NCBI GenBank assembly: GCA_963775245.1
Contig: CAVZID010000037.1
Span: 3,175 to 67,174, forward strand
From: an uncultured Bacteroidota bacterium
Lineage (GTDB): Bacteria > Bacteroidota > Ignavibacteria > Ignavibacteriales > Ignavibacteriaceae
Direction of reading: 5' to 3'
Length of the DNA stretch: 64,000 nt
Position numbers and translations under genes: made by a program. Within the stretch, counting starts at the first letter, position 1. The number at the start of each line of letters is the position of its first letter. Shown in pieces: positions 20,014-28,857 of the stretch. The notes under the pieces are model-generated. The model saw only the letters and a list, made by a program, of their open reading frames with translations, had not been told where the DNA came from and searched no databases.

Positions 20014-21504
20014 TTATTCGCCATGGCAATCTGTACATAAAGAAGTTTTCCAGCTATCACCAATATCCACTGGATGATCGAATTCCAATCCTTTCATAGA
20101 AATTTCTGCTTTTTTATTTTCAGACTGCTGAGATGCAATAATATGACAGGTATTACAATCTTTTGTTAATACTTTCCCGCTAGCACTTACATGTTTACCA
20201 TCGTGACATCTAAAGCAGCCGGGATAGTACATGTGTCCAATGTTATTCGGAAATTTCTTCCAACTAACATGCATTTCAGGGAAATAATTTCTGCGATAGA
20301 TTTCGTCAACTGTCTTTATGCTTTTTTCAATGGAACTGGATTGGCTGGAAGCAATTTTAGGATACCTATTCTTATAGAAATCGTTTATATAAATTTTAAT
20401 GCTGTCAAATGCTATCTCTTTTGTACTATAACTTTTTTCAAGAGCATCAACAGCAACACTTTTAATATAGGGTAAAGCAGTATCAATCAAGTCTGAAGAC
20501 ATCATATGATCAACAGAACTATAAGGTGGATGATAAATATGTGTTGGCCTATTATGGCAATCTATACAATCCATAACCCTAACTTCACCATTAGTCACAG
20601 TATCATTCTTGAATGGGAATTCAGTACTTTTATAAACTGTAACCTTGCCATCTCTAGATTCAGCTTTTACCCAGGGTATTGTTTGCCTTGATGAATCCGA
20701 AGCTATGTAGGTAATTTTATTTGCAATATTCATATGCCAGTGAATACCTGAGGTAATCCCCGTTTCCTCATTGCCTCCACCAATTTTTAACAGCATTGTA
20801 TTAGTAGATTTTGTATTCTGTTCATCAGAGAGAAAATACGAATTTTTAATTTCTTTTTGTGAATAGAAAAATTCAGGCCAGTGGCATTGTTCACAAGTTT
20901 CTCTTGCCGGCCTCAAATTACTTATTGGTGTGGGAATCGGTTTAGAATATTTATTAAATATTACAGAATAAACTTGATACGCACCGGATAATTTTGAACG
21001 CACATACCATCCAGCGCCAGATCCTATGTGACATTGCACGCATCCAACACGTGCATGTGGAGAGACCTTATAAGCAGTATATTCGGGAGTCATTACCTTA
21101 TGACATAAGGTTCCACAAAATTGATCTGAATCTGTAAATTCGTAAGCTTTATAGCTTCCAAACGCACTAAAAAGTAAAAGTAAAATTGTACCTACAAAAA
21201 AAACAGTAAACGCTTTCCGTTGTTTTGGATCATTAAAATTAAATACAGGGAACTTATACGCAATATCTTTTCCTGATTTTAATCTTCTTCCATGCCGAAT
21301 TGCTCCAAATGCTATTAGTAAAAGGCCTATAATTAGAAACCCTGGAAGTACTACGAATGCAATGATTCCCATATAGGGTTTTTGTTCAGTGCTTAAAGCT
21401 TCTAAAAGAATTAAAAAAAGTATTAAGCCAAAGCTTATAAGAGCTATTGCAACACCAGCAAAAGTTATAGGGTTATAGACCGATTCAGGAAATTTTCTTT
21501 TCAT
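20014..21504 (-). CDS. membrane-anchored heptahaem c-type cytochrome (ImcH-like / NapC-NirT-related architecture)
   Basis: It has three N-terminal hydrophobic helices, followed by six CXXCH motifs (CVQCH, CEQCH, CIDCH, CFRCH, CNTCH, CTDCH) and one CX3CH (CGTLCH). Confidence 0.8.
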   Translation of the reverse strand: MKRKFPESVYNPITFAGVAIALISFGLILFLILLEALSTEQKPYMGIIAFVVLPGFLIIGLLLIAFGAIRHGRRLKSGKDIAYKFPVFNFNDPKQRKAFTVFFVGTILLLLFSAFGSYKAYEFTDSDQFCGTLCHKVMTPEYTAYKVSPHARVGCVQCHIGSGAGWYVRSKLSGAYQVYSVIFNKYSKPIPTPISNLRPARETCEQCHWPEFFYSQKEIKNSYFLSDEQNTKSTNTMLLKIGGGNEETGITSGIHWHMNIANKITYIASDSSRQTIPWVKAESRDGKVTVYKSTEFPFKNDTVTNGEVRVMDCIDCHNRPTHIYHPPYSSVDHMMSSDLIDTALPYIKSVAVDALEKSYSTKEIAFDSIKIYINDFYKNRYPKIASSQSSSIEKSIKTVDEIYRRNYFPEMHVSWKKFPNNIGHMYYPGCFRCHDGKHVSASGKVLTKDCNTCHIIASQQSENKKAEISMKGLEFDHPVDIGDSWKTSLCTDCHGE

Positions 21505-21539
21505 GCTATACTTTCTTTTAAAAAAACGAAGAGAATTTT

Positions 21540-22424
21540 CTATCTATAAGCAAAAATCATTGCATAAATTATCCAAATAATAATACTAAATCCAATGCTC
21601 AATGCAGTCCAGCCAAAAAACTTTATTGTTCTGATTACAATGGGAGGATAAGGTTCAACCAAATAATTTTCTAGCTCGCCTTTTTCAACAAGTTCTTTAT
21701 ATTCATCTGGCCTATCATCCTTAAATTCTTCAATTGAAACTCTGCCTGAAAAAATCACAATGTCCATAGGAAATTTTTCGGGGCGAAGGTGAGTATTAAA
21801 AAAATGTATTGTAAAAATAAAACCAGTTGCAAGAAGGGCTTCATCACTATGAATTATTGTTGCAACATTAATTACCCAGCCAGGTAAAAAATTAGTTAGT
21901 AATTCCGGGAACCAAAGTGTTAACCCTGTTGAACCAATTACAACCATCCCCCAAAATACAGCGAAGTAGTCAAACTTTTCCCAATAAGTCCATCTGCCAT
22001 ATTGTGGCCTTTCACCTTTGCCAATAAACCATTTCATCGAATCCCTAAAATCATTCCAATCTTTTTTATTAAACATCATTGAATCTTTATTAAAGATAAA
22101 TTTCAGCAACGAAAGTTTTTCTTTCTTTTTGATTTTTAAGATGTTAACAATGTGTGTTATAAAAACACTAATCATAATTACAGCAGCAAATCGGTGAATA
22201 TAACCTGCAGATTCAAAACCACCTAATAGGTGAGAAAGAATAACTGCCCAGCCGGTATATGAAAATTTCAAAGTCATTCCAGTCAAGGCTAAGGTCATGA
22301 AGCTAACGATCATAAGTATGTGGAGAACACGATTTAATCTTGTAAACCTTTGAAACTGCAGTTGAGTTTTTTTAAGATATTCAGTTTTAGGAATATGATG
22401 TTCAGTTGTCTTCACCAGGTTCAT
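21540..22424 (-). CDS. integral-membrane dihaem cytochrome b-type subunit
   Basis: It has four or five TM helices, with His pairs 13-14 residues apart on two helices (HRFAAVIMISVFITH and HSDEALLATGFIFTIH). It is a paralogue of the C-terminal domain of the 24487-26691 protein. Its start overlaps the upstream gene by 23 nt. Confidence 0.7.
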   Translation of the reverse strand: MNLVKTTEHHIPKTEYLKKTQLQFQRFTRLNRVLHILMIVSFMTLALTGMTLKFSYTGWAVILSHLLGGFESAGYIHRFAAVIMISVFITHIVNILKIKKKEKLSLLKFIFNKDSMMFNKKDWNDFRDSMKWFIGKGERPQYGRWTYWEKFDYFAVFWGMVVIGSTGLTLWFPELLTNFLPGWVINVATIIHSDEALLATGFIFTIHFFNTHLRPEKFPMDIVIFSGRVSIEEFKDDRPDEYKELVEKGELENYLVEPYPPIVIRTIKFFGWTALSIGFSIIIWIIYAMIFAYR

Positions 22425-24453
22425 TAGTATTCTCTTTTAAATTTTCAGCATTCTTATTTTTTAATTTACGACGCCACTGTATTGATCTTGGCAGCCATAG
22501 TAGTGTGTGGATTCCAGCCAATACAAATGTACCAATAAGTAATCCAGTCATTCCCCAAAATGTCCAGAATAGCCAGGGATATTTCTCTGGGTCATGATGC
22601 GTTGCATGAGTAAAATATCCTGCAAACTGTCTATTTGCTCCTTCATGGCATTTCTTACATGTTTGAACAATATTTTGATGGCTTAGATGAGATTCGGGAT
22701 TATCAACTTTTAAGATATCATGTGCACCATGACAATCAAAACATTTTGCAGTTTTTGAATATCCTAATTGTGAAACTTTACCATGGTAAGTATCAAAATA
22801 TGTTTTAGCTATCTTCTCATGACATTTACCACAAGTATTCATTATTTGCATTCTGAAACCAGCTAAATCAGTTCTTTCGATTGTATGTGCAGTATGACAA
22901 GTATTACAGACAGGTAAAGGTTTATCTGTTTTTGTAACAAGCGAAGAATGTACACTCTTTTCGAATTGGGATTCAATTCCAAAATGGCATTTGCCGCAAG
23001 TTTGACTAACATTTTTTGGGTTAATACTTGATCTGGGATCATTATGTGGTAGTTCATGATGAGCAGTATGACAATCAGTACAAGCCGCAGTAACAGTAAG
23101 CCCGCTTTTTAATAATCCTCTACCGTGAATACTCTCATTATAATTATTTAGTATATTACGTTCAGTTCCTTTATAACGTTCTGCAGCAGGTTCTCCATTT
23201 CGATGACATCTCCCGCAGAGATTTGGAATGTTAGTATGAAACGTCGGTGAATTAGAATTATTTTTTGATAATACATGATGAGAACCATGGCATTCTACAC
23301 AAGTTGGGGCGTTAGGATCTTGTTTTGCAAATAACTGCCCATGAGTACTTTCTTTATATTGATCTCCAACTTCCGAATGACAAATCGAGCAATCTACTTT
23401 AGATGTTATTCCGGTACATGGGCGTAACATAGCCGGATTCACTGTATTATGGCATTGACTACACGCAATCTTTGTATGCACAGAATTTTGTAACGCAACA
23501 GCATCAACAAACATTGAACGTCCGTCTTTAGATTTTAAATCTTGCCTGCCATGACAATTTAAACAGTCCTGGTTAGCAATACTTGCTTCATATAAAACTT
23601 GTTTTATTTTATGAGGCGGATGACAATCAATGCAAACAGGTAAAACATGCGGCTTTTCTTCCCATAATTTACCTTTAATAATTTTACGGTGTACTGTTTC
23701 TATTTCCTGATGGCATTGTGTACAAGTATGTGAAATGTTATTCCTGTTAATTGTAGATTCAGGATCTGAAGGAGGAAGTATTTTATGCGGTGAATGACAC
23801 GATGCACATGTTGCAGCAACCGAGAGCCCTTTTTGTAATAGCCCTACACCATGCATACTTTCGGAGTAATTTTCAAAAATATGATCTTTAGGAATATGCC
23901 TTTGAGTCTGAACCTTTGTACCTTCTTTATGGCAAGAACCGCACACAAAAGGTATCTTAATGGGAGAAACTGCTGATTGAGGATTCTTTACAGGAATTAT
24001 ATCATGCGAACCATGGCAATTCTGACAAGTTGGTGCTAGTGGATCACCTTTAGCTTTTGCTTTACCATGAATACCTTCTGAATATAATGTTTGTTCATCA
24101 TCATGGCATGTTGCGCATTGTGCGGGCTCAACATCAGTTTTATGGGGAAAATCTGTACCTGCAAGATCAACATGACAGTCAATACATTGATTTCCTTCAT
24201 GTACCGAGGCTTTTAATTTATTTACATCTACAAAAACGGAAAATGTCTTGCCATTTTTTGTTCCTGTTAATGTGTTATCGCCATGACACATTAAGCAATC
24301 GTCATTCTCTTGTGCTAGTGCATTAACAGAAAGTATGATGAAAAAAGGTAAAACAAAAAAGATAATTTTAAATAGTTGATTTGAGAAATTTTTAAAATTC
24401 CCCTTTTTAGTTATTAACATATTATTATAACTATTGTATAATATCGTTTCCAA
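22402..24453 (-). CDS. 19-haem c-type cytochrome with a single C-terminal TM anchor
   Basis: I counted 19 CXXCH motifs. It has a signal/anchor sequence, five copies of the doubled-CXXCH unit (for example CQNCHGSHDIIPVKNPQS...CGSCH), and the C-terminal hydrophobic helix LFWTFWGMTGLLIGTFVLAGIHTLLW. Confidence 0.9.
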   Translation of the reverse strand: METILYNSYNNMLITKKGNFKNFSNQLFKIIFFVLPFFIILSVNALAQENDDCLMCHGDNTLTGTKNGKTFSVFVDVNKLKASVHEGNQCIDCHVDLAGTDFPHKTDVEPAQCATCHDDEQTLYSEGIHGKAKAKGDPLAPTCQNCHGSHDIIPVKNPQSAVSPIKIPFVCGSCHKEGTKVQTQRHIPKDHIFENYSESMHGVGLLQKGLSVAATCASCHSPHKILPPSDPESTINRNNISHTCTQCHQEIETVHRKIIKGKLWEEKPHVLPVCIDCHPPHKIKQVLYEASIANQDCLNCHGRQDLKSKDGRSMFVDAVALQNSVHTKIACSQCHNTVNPAMLRPCTGITSKVDCSICHSEVGDQYKESTHGQLFAKQDPNAPTCVECHGSHHVLSKNNSNSPTFHTNIPNLCGRCHRNGEPAAERYKGTERNILNNYNESIHGRGLLKSGLTVTAACTDCHTAHHELPHNDPRSSINPKNVSQTCGKCHFGIESQFEKSVHSSLVTKTDKPLPVCNTCHTAHTIERTDLAGFRMQIMNTCGKCHEKIAKTYFDTYHGKVSQLGYSKTAKCFDCHGAHDILKVDNPESHLSHQNIVQTCKKCHEGANRQFAGYFTHATHHDPEKYPWLFWTFWGMTGLLIGTFVLAGIHTLLWLPRSIQWRRKLKNKNAENLKENTNEPGEDN

Positions 24454-24486
24454 AATTTTTTAATATCTACTTAAATATATTTAACA

Positions 24487-26691
24487 TTATTTATCATCGA
24501 GTTTATCGCTCTCGGTTTCTACTCTTGATTCTTTAATTTTCTTAAGCTCTAACGGATGCTCTTCTTCCATTTCTTCTTCCGACAATTTACCGTTGAACCA
24601 GGCAGTGTTCATTGGGTAAACATCAGGATTAAAAATTATAAAGTAAAAATGCCAAACAACAATAGCTAAAAAAGCAAGCCAGGCTTCATAAAAATGAATT
24701 GTGTTCGCAATATCCCAGCCAAGCTTTGTAAAGATTCCAATAAACGTATTATCAAACCACATTATAACGCCGGTTACAGACATAACAATTGTTCCCCAAA
24801 CCAAAGCCCAATATTCAGACTTTTCAACATAACTAAATCTATCAAGTTTAGGCTTTTGTTTAGATATCCCAAGGTTGAAAGAAGCTACACCAATGGCATC
24901 AGTTAAATCTTTATACTTTGGCAATAAGTCTTTAAATAATTGGCGTCCTCTTTTTGTAAAAATTAAATATCCGATATGATAAACACTTACAGAAACCATA
25001 ATCACAGCTGCAATCCTATGAAGTATGCTTCTTATTTCAAAAGTATATTCGCTCAAGTCCCTAATATGCTGCACCCACCATGTATTTGGGAACCGCAACA
25101 TAAATCCGGTTATCACTAAAGTAATAAAACTGGCCGCGAGCAGGATATGCTGCACTCTTTCATTAGCTGTCATCCTTAGATACAAACCATGCCCGTGTAC
25201 TTCAGGCCTTAACATTCCGCTTTGTCTTAATTTTTTTATCTTTGCCTTTTTAATGAAATCAAACAAGTTATGCAAGAACATAAATCCAATGACAAGGATA
25301 ATTAAAATGATGTACATTGAAGAGATCCAATAAAGTATTGGCTCAGATTTTTGTGCTACAGTAACATGAATTTTACCTACAGCAAAGTTTTGATTTGCTC
25401 CCGGATGACATTTACCACAAGTTTTAGCAAGGTTCTTCTTATTTATTGTTGAAAGAGGATCACTTGCAGGTAAAATATTATGAACCCCATGACAGCTTGC
25501 ACAATTGGCTACAATGGTAGAACCGCCTTCAAGAGCAAGTCCGTGATAACTGTTCATATATGTTTTAAATCTATCCGGTGCAAGTCCGTATTTCTTTGTT
25601 AACTTTACTGAGCTATGGCATGGAGAACAAACCTGTGTTGATACATTTTGAAATGCCACAGGAGATTTAGGATTTGAGGGTTGTAAAATATTATGTTCAC
25701 CATGACAGTCAGTACATACAGGTGCGTCTAAATTTCCTTTAGCAACTTCTTTTCCGTGTATACTTTTTTCGTATGTATTTTTAATATCTGTGTGGCATTG
25801 TCCGCATGTATTAGGAACATTAGTTTTATATACTGTAGATTTTGGATTAGAACCTGGCAATATCTCATGAGCACTATGACAATTTATACAGGTAGCTACT
25901 TTACCATTTCCCTTTTGAAGTGCTGATCCGTGCACACTATGTTCGTAAGCAGAAATAAATCCCGCAGATGGGGCAGTTCTCCCTCTAACGTCCGGATTAT
26001 TAAGATGACATGATAAACACAATTTTTCTTGTGCTTGTTTTAATTTAGTTATATCCTCTTTACCGGATACATCTGCAACTGAATATTTATGACAGGTAAG
26101 ACAATATGGGGCACCCGCAATTTTGTTTTTAAATCCTTGATAATGAAGTGATTGTGTGTATTGCCCTACTTCTTTGCTATGACATTTTCCACATGAATTT
26201 ACTAGATTATTTTTACCCCATTTTGAATCCGGATTCTTAGGAGAAATTATATCATGAGTTCCATGACAGTTCCTGCATGACATATCAGGGGAACCATTTA
26301 TTCCATTAGCTTTTAATAACTGTGGATGAAAGCTATGTTTTATTGGTGCGTCTCTGTGACAAGTAAGACAATTTATCGGAGTTATATTTTCTTTATGAGG
26401 AATATTGTTGGGATCAAAACCTACGTGGCAAGATACACAATTTAATTTTCCGTGAACTGAATGAGTGAATACTTTCGAACTAACATATAACGAAACTTCT
26501 TTACCGTTTCTTTCAGTAGTTAAAGTATTATCGTCATGACACATCAGACAGTCGTCATTTGTTTGAGGGTAGATGTTTTGAGAGCTGACAATCAGGCAGA
26601 TTATAAGACTAACTATAAAGTACACTAACTTTTGCAGTAGATTAGTTTCCACTTTCATTTTGTGCGATGGTCGAGACTGTCCGATGTGCAT
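24487..26691 (-). CDS. 13-haem c-type cytochrome fused to a dihaem cytochrome b membrane domain (CbcL-like architecture)
   Basis: I counted 13 CXXCH motifs and four doubled-CXXCH units. A TM helix follows, and then a C-terminal ~230-aa domain homologous to the 21540-22424 protein. The true start may be the internal MKVETN at 26658. Confidence 0.9.
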   Translation of the reverse strand: MHIGQSRPSHKMKVETNLLQKLVYFIVSLIICLIVSSQNIYPQTNDDCLMCHDDNTLTTERNGKEVSLYVSSKVFTHSVHGKLNCVSCHVGFDPNNIPHKENITPINCLTCHRDAPIKHSFHPQLLKANGINGSPDMSCRNCHGTHDIISPKNPDSKWGKNNLVNSCGKCHSKEVGQYTQSLHYQGFKNKIAGAPYCLTCHKYSVADVSGKEDITKLKQAQEKLCLSCHLNNPDVRGRTAPSAGFISAYEHSVHGSALQKGNGKVATCINCHSAHEILPGSNPKSTVYKTNVPNTCGQCHTDIKNTYEKSIHGKEVAKGNLDAPVCTDCHGEHNILQPSNPKSPVAFQNVSTQVCSPCHSSVKLTKKYGLAPDRFKTYMNSYHGLALEGGSTIVANCASCHGVHNILPASDPLSTINKKNLAKTCGKCHPGANQNFAVGKIHVTVAQKSEPILYWISSMYIILIILVIGFMFLHNLFDFIKKAKIKKLRQSGMLRPEVHGHGLYLRMTANERVQHILLAASFITLVITGFMLRFPNTWWVQHIRDLSEYTFEIRSILHRIAAVIMVSVSVYHIGYLIFTKRGRQLFKDLLPKYKDLTDAIGVASFNLGISKQKPKLDRFSYVEKSEYWALVWGTIVMSVTGVIMWFDNTFIGIFTKLGWDIANTIHFYEAWLAFLAIVVWHFYFIIFNPDVYPMNTAWFNGKLSEEEMEEEHPLELKKIKESRVETESDKLDDK

Positions 26692-26803
26692 GATGATAAA
26701 AACTTTTCAATTATTTAAAAGAGCGATTATTATTCTAAATTTTTTCATTTAATTCAATTTCTATTTACATTTTATTTAGATTTAGTTATTCAATCCACAA
26801 TAA

Positions 26804-26965
26804 TTAATATTCCAACTGAGAAACAGGCACTTTGTTAGATACCTTGGTTATTTTTGTACTCTGCTTATTTGAATCCTTGGTGTGACTGAAATCCATAGAA
26901 TATGCAAAACCATATAATGCAACAATCATAATAACAACAAATAAATAAATTAAAAGTCCTTTCAT
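26804..26965 (-). CDS. candidate 53-aa single-TM mini-protein upstream of the cytochrome operon
   Basis: My own translation is MKGLLIYLFVVIMIVALYGFAYSMDFSHTKDSNKQSTKITKVSNKVPVSQLEY. It is on the same strand as the operon and has only a weak AGG upstream. It falls below the ORF-track length cut-off. Confidence 0.3.
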   Translation of the reverse strand: MKGLLIYLFVVIMIVALYGFAYSMDFSHTKDSNKQSTKITKVSNKVPVSQLEY

Positions 26966-27256
26966 GTCATTACCTTTCTAAATAAAATTTCAAACTTGCA
27001 TTATTAATTCAGCGTTGGCTGATTGGTATGCATGGGATTTTCAAAGAATATGCCGTAATTATTTTTACATTATTTTAAGAATTTAAGGCAGGTGTTGAAT
27101 TATTTCCCAGATAAAAGAATTATTGCAAAATCATCTTTCCATTGGTGAGAATACTTTGCAATGAAATGCAATAATGTTTGAAATATTGATTAGAATACAA
27201 TTTTTCTAAAATAACTTTTAGAATATTTGAGATAATAGAAAGTTGAAAATTGTTGC

Positions 27257-28786
27257 TTATGCTATTTGTTTTTCTTCATCTATCAAATTTACTTTTGCGT
27301 TTGGATGAAGAATAAACAATTCTTTAATATCATATTCATTTGGGGATAAATCCCTATGAAAATATTCATTCTTTGATGACGAATAAACATAATATTTCTT
27401 CCATTCAGAAATATTTTCAACAATTTCTTTCACCGCATTCGTTATAAAAAAGATTTCGTCATTTTTCATTGTAGGATGAATAGACATTCGAACCCAGCCG
27501 GGTTTTTCAGAAAGATCACCAACATTTATTTTATCGGTGATGTGTTTTGATTTGCCTGGAGTAACATGAAGCAGATAATGCCCATAAGTTCCCGCACACG
27601 AGCAGCCGCCTCTAGTTTGAATTCCATATCTATCATTCAGCAGCTTTACAATTAAATTGTAATGAATACCTTTAACATAAAATGAAATTGCTCCCAATCG
27701 CTCTTCAATATTGTCAGCTAAAATTTGGAGCCCATGTATTTTTCTTAACTCATCAAAAACAATTTTAATTAATTCTTCTTCACGTTTTCGAATGTTTTCT
27801 ACTCCCATTTCTTCTTTAAGTTGAACGCAAAGTGCAGCTTTAATTGTCTGTAAAAAAGCAGGGGTACCGCCGTCTTCTCTTGCTTCAATATTTGAAACAA
27901 ATTTATACTGGCCCCAAGGATTAGTCCAATCAACCGTTCCTCCGCCGGGATTATCCGGTACTCTATTTTTATAAAGTTTTGAATCAAAGATTAAAACTCC
28001 AGAGGTACCGGGGCCGCCAAGAAATTTATGAGGCGAAAAAAATACTGCATCAAGTTTTTCAAGCGGATCTTCAGGATGCATATCTATATTTGAATAAGGA
28101 GCGGAACACGCAAAATCAATAAAACAAAATCCTCCATTCTCGTGCATTATTTTTGACATTTGATGATATGGAGTTTCAATTCCTGTAACATTTGAACAAG
28201 CTGTAAAAGCACCAATTTTTAATTTGCGGTTTTTATAAACTTCTAATTCATTTTTCAAATTTCCCAAATCGACTAAGCCATGAATATCAGGATCAATACA
28301 AACCACATCTGCAATTGTCTCAAGCCATGAGGTATGGTTTGAATGATGTTCCATATGAGTTACAAAAACAACCGGCTTTAATTCTTTAGGAAGCTTTAAA
28401 TAATCTTTTAACTGCTCTGAAATTTTTAATCCGAGAATTCTTTGAAACTTATTAACCATTGCTGTCATCCCGGAACCGGCAGTAATTATAATATCGTCCG
28501 GCCCGGCGTTTACATGTTTCTTTATAATCTTTTGTGCATGATGATATGCATGAGTCATTGTTGTCCCGGTAATACTTGCTTCGGAATGAGTATTCCCCAC
28601 CCAAGGGCCAAATGTTTCAATCATCTTTTTTTCTATCGGTTCATAAAGCCTGCCGGAAGCAACCCAATCAGCATAAATTATTTTCTTCTCGCCATAAGGA
28701 GATTGAAAAGTTTTATCGATACCTATAATGTTGGTTCTAAACTCTTCAAAGTATTTTTCCAGGTTTTGCATTCCATCCTCAAGCAT
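27257..28786 (-). CDS. class V aminotransferase-fold PLP enzyme (cysteine desulfurase / selenocysteine lyase-like, long form)
   Basis: The PLP-lysine context is FFSPHKFLGGPGTSGVL, and the 509-aa fold-type I layout fits this class. Confidence 0.75.
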   Translation of the reverse strand: MLEDGMQNLEKYFEEFRTNIIGIDKTFQSPYGEKKIIYADWVASGRLYEPIEKKMIETFGPWVGNTHSEASITGTTMTHAYHHAQKIIKKHVNAGPDDIIITAGSGMTAMVNKFQRILGLKISEQLKDYLKLPKELKPVVFVTHMEHHSNHTSWLETIADVVCIDPDIHGLVDLGNLKNELEVYKNRKLKIGAFTACSNVTGIETPYHQMSKIMHENGGFCFIDFACSAPYSNIDMHPEDPLEKLDAVFFSPHKFLGGPGTSGVLIFDSKLYKNRVPDNPGGGTVDWTNPWGQYKFVSNIEAREDGGTPAFLQTIKAALCVQLKEEMGVENIRKREEELIKIVFDELRKIHGLQILADNIEERLGAISFYVKGIHYNLIVKLLNDRYGIQTRGGCSCAGTYGHYLLHVTPGKSKHITDKINVGDLSEKPGWVRMSIHPTMKNDEIFFITNAVKEIVENISEWKKYYVYSSSKNEYFHRDLSPNEYDIKELFILHPNAKVNLIDEEKQIA

Positions 28787-28857
28787 TAATCAATAGTCAA
28801 ATTTAAGAAAAATATATTTTATTAACAGGTGATAAGATAAGTTTTTAGTTTTACGAA

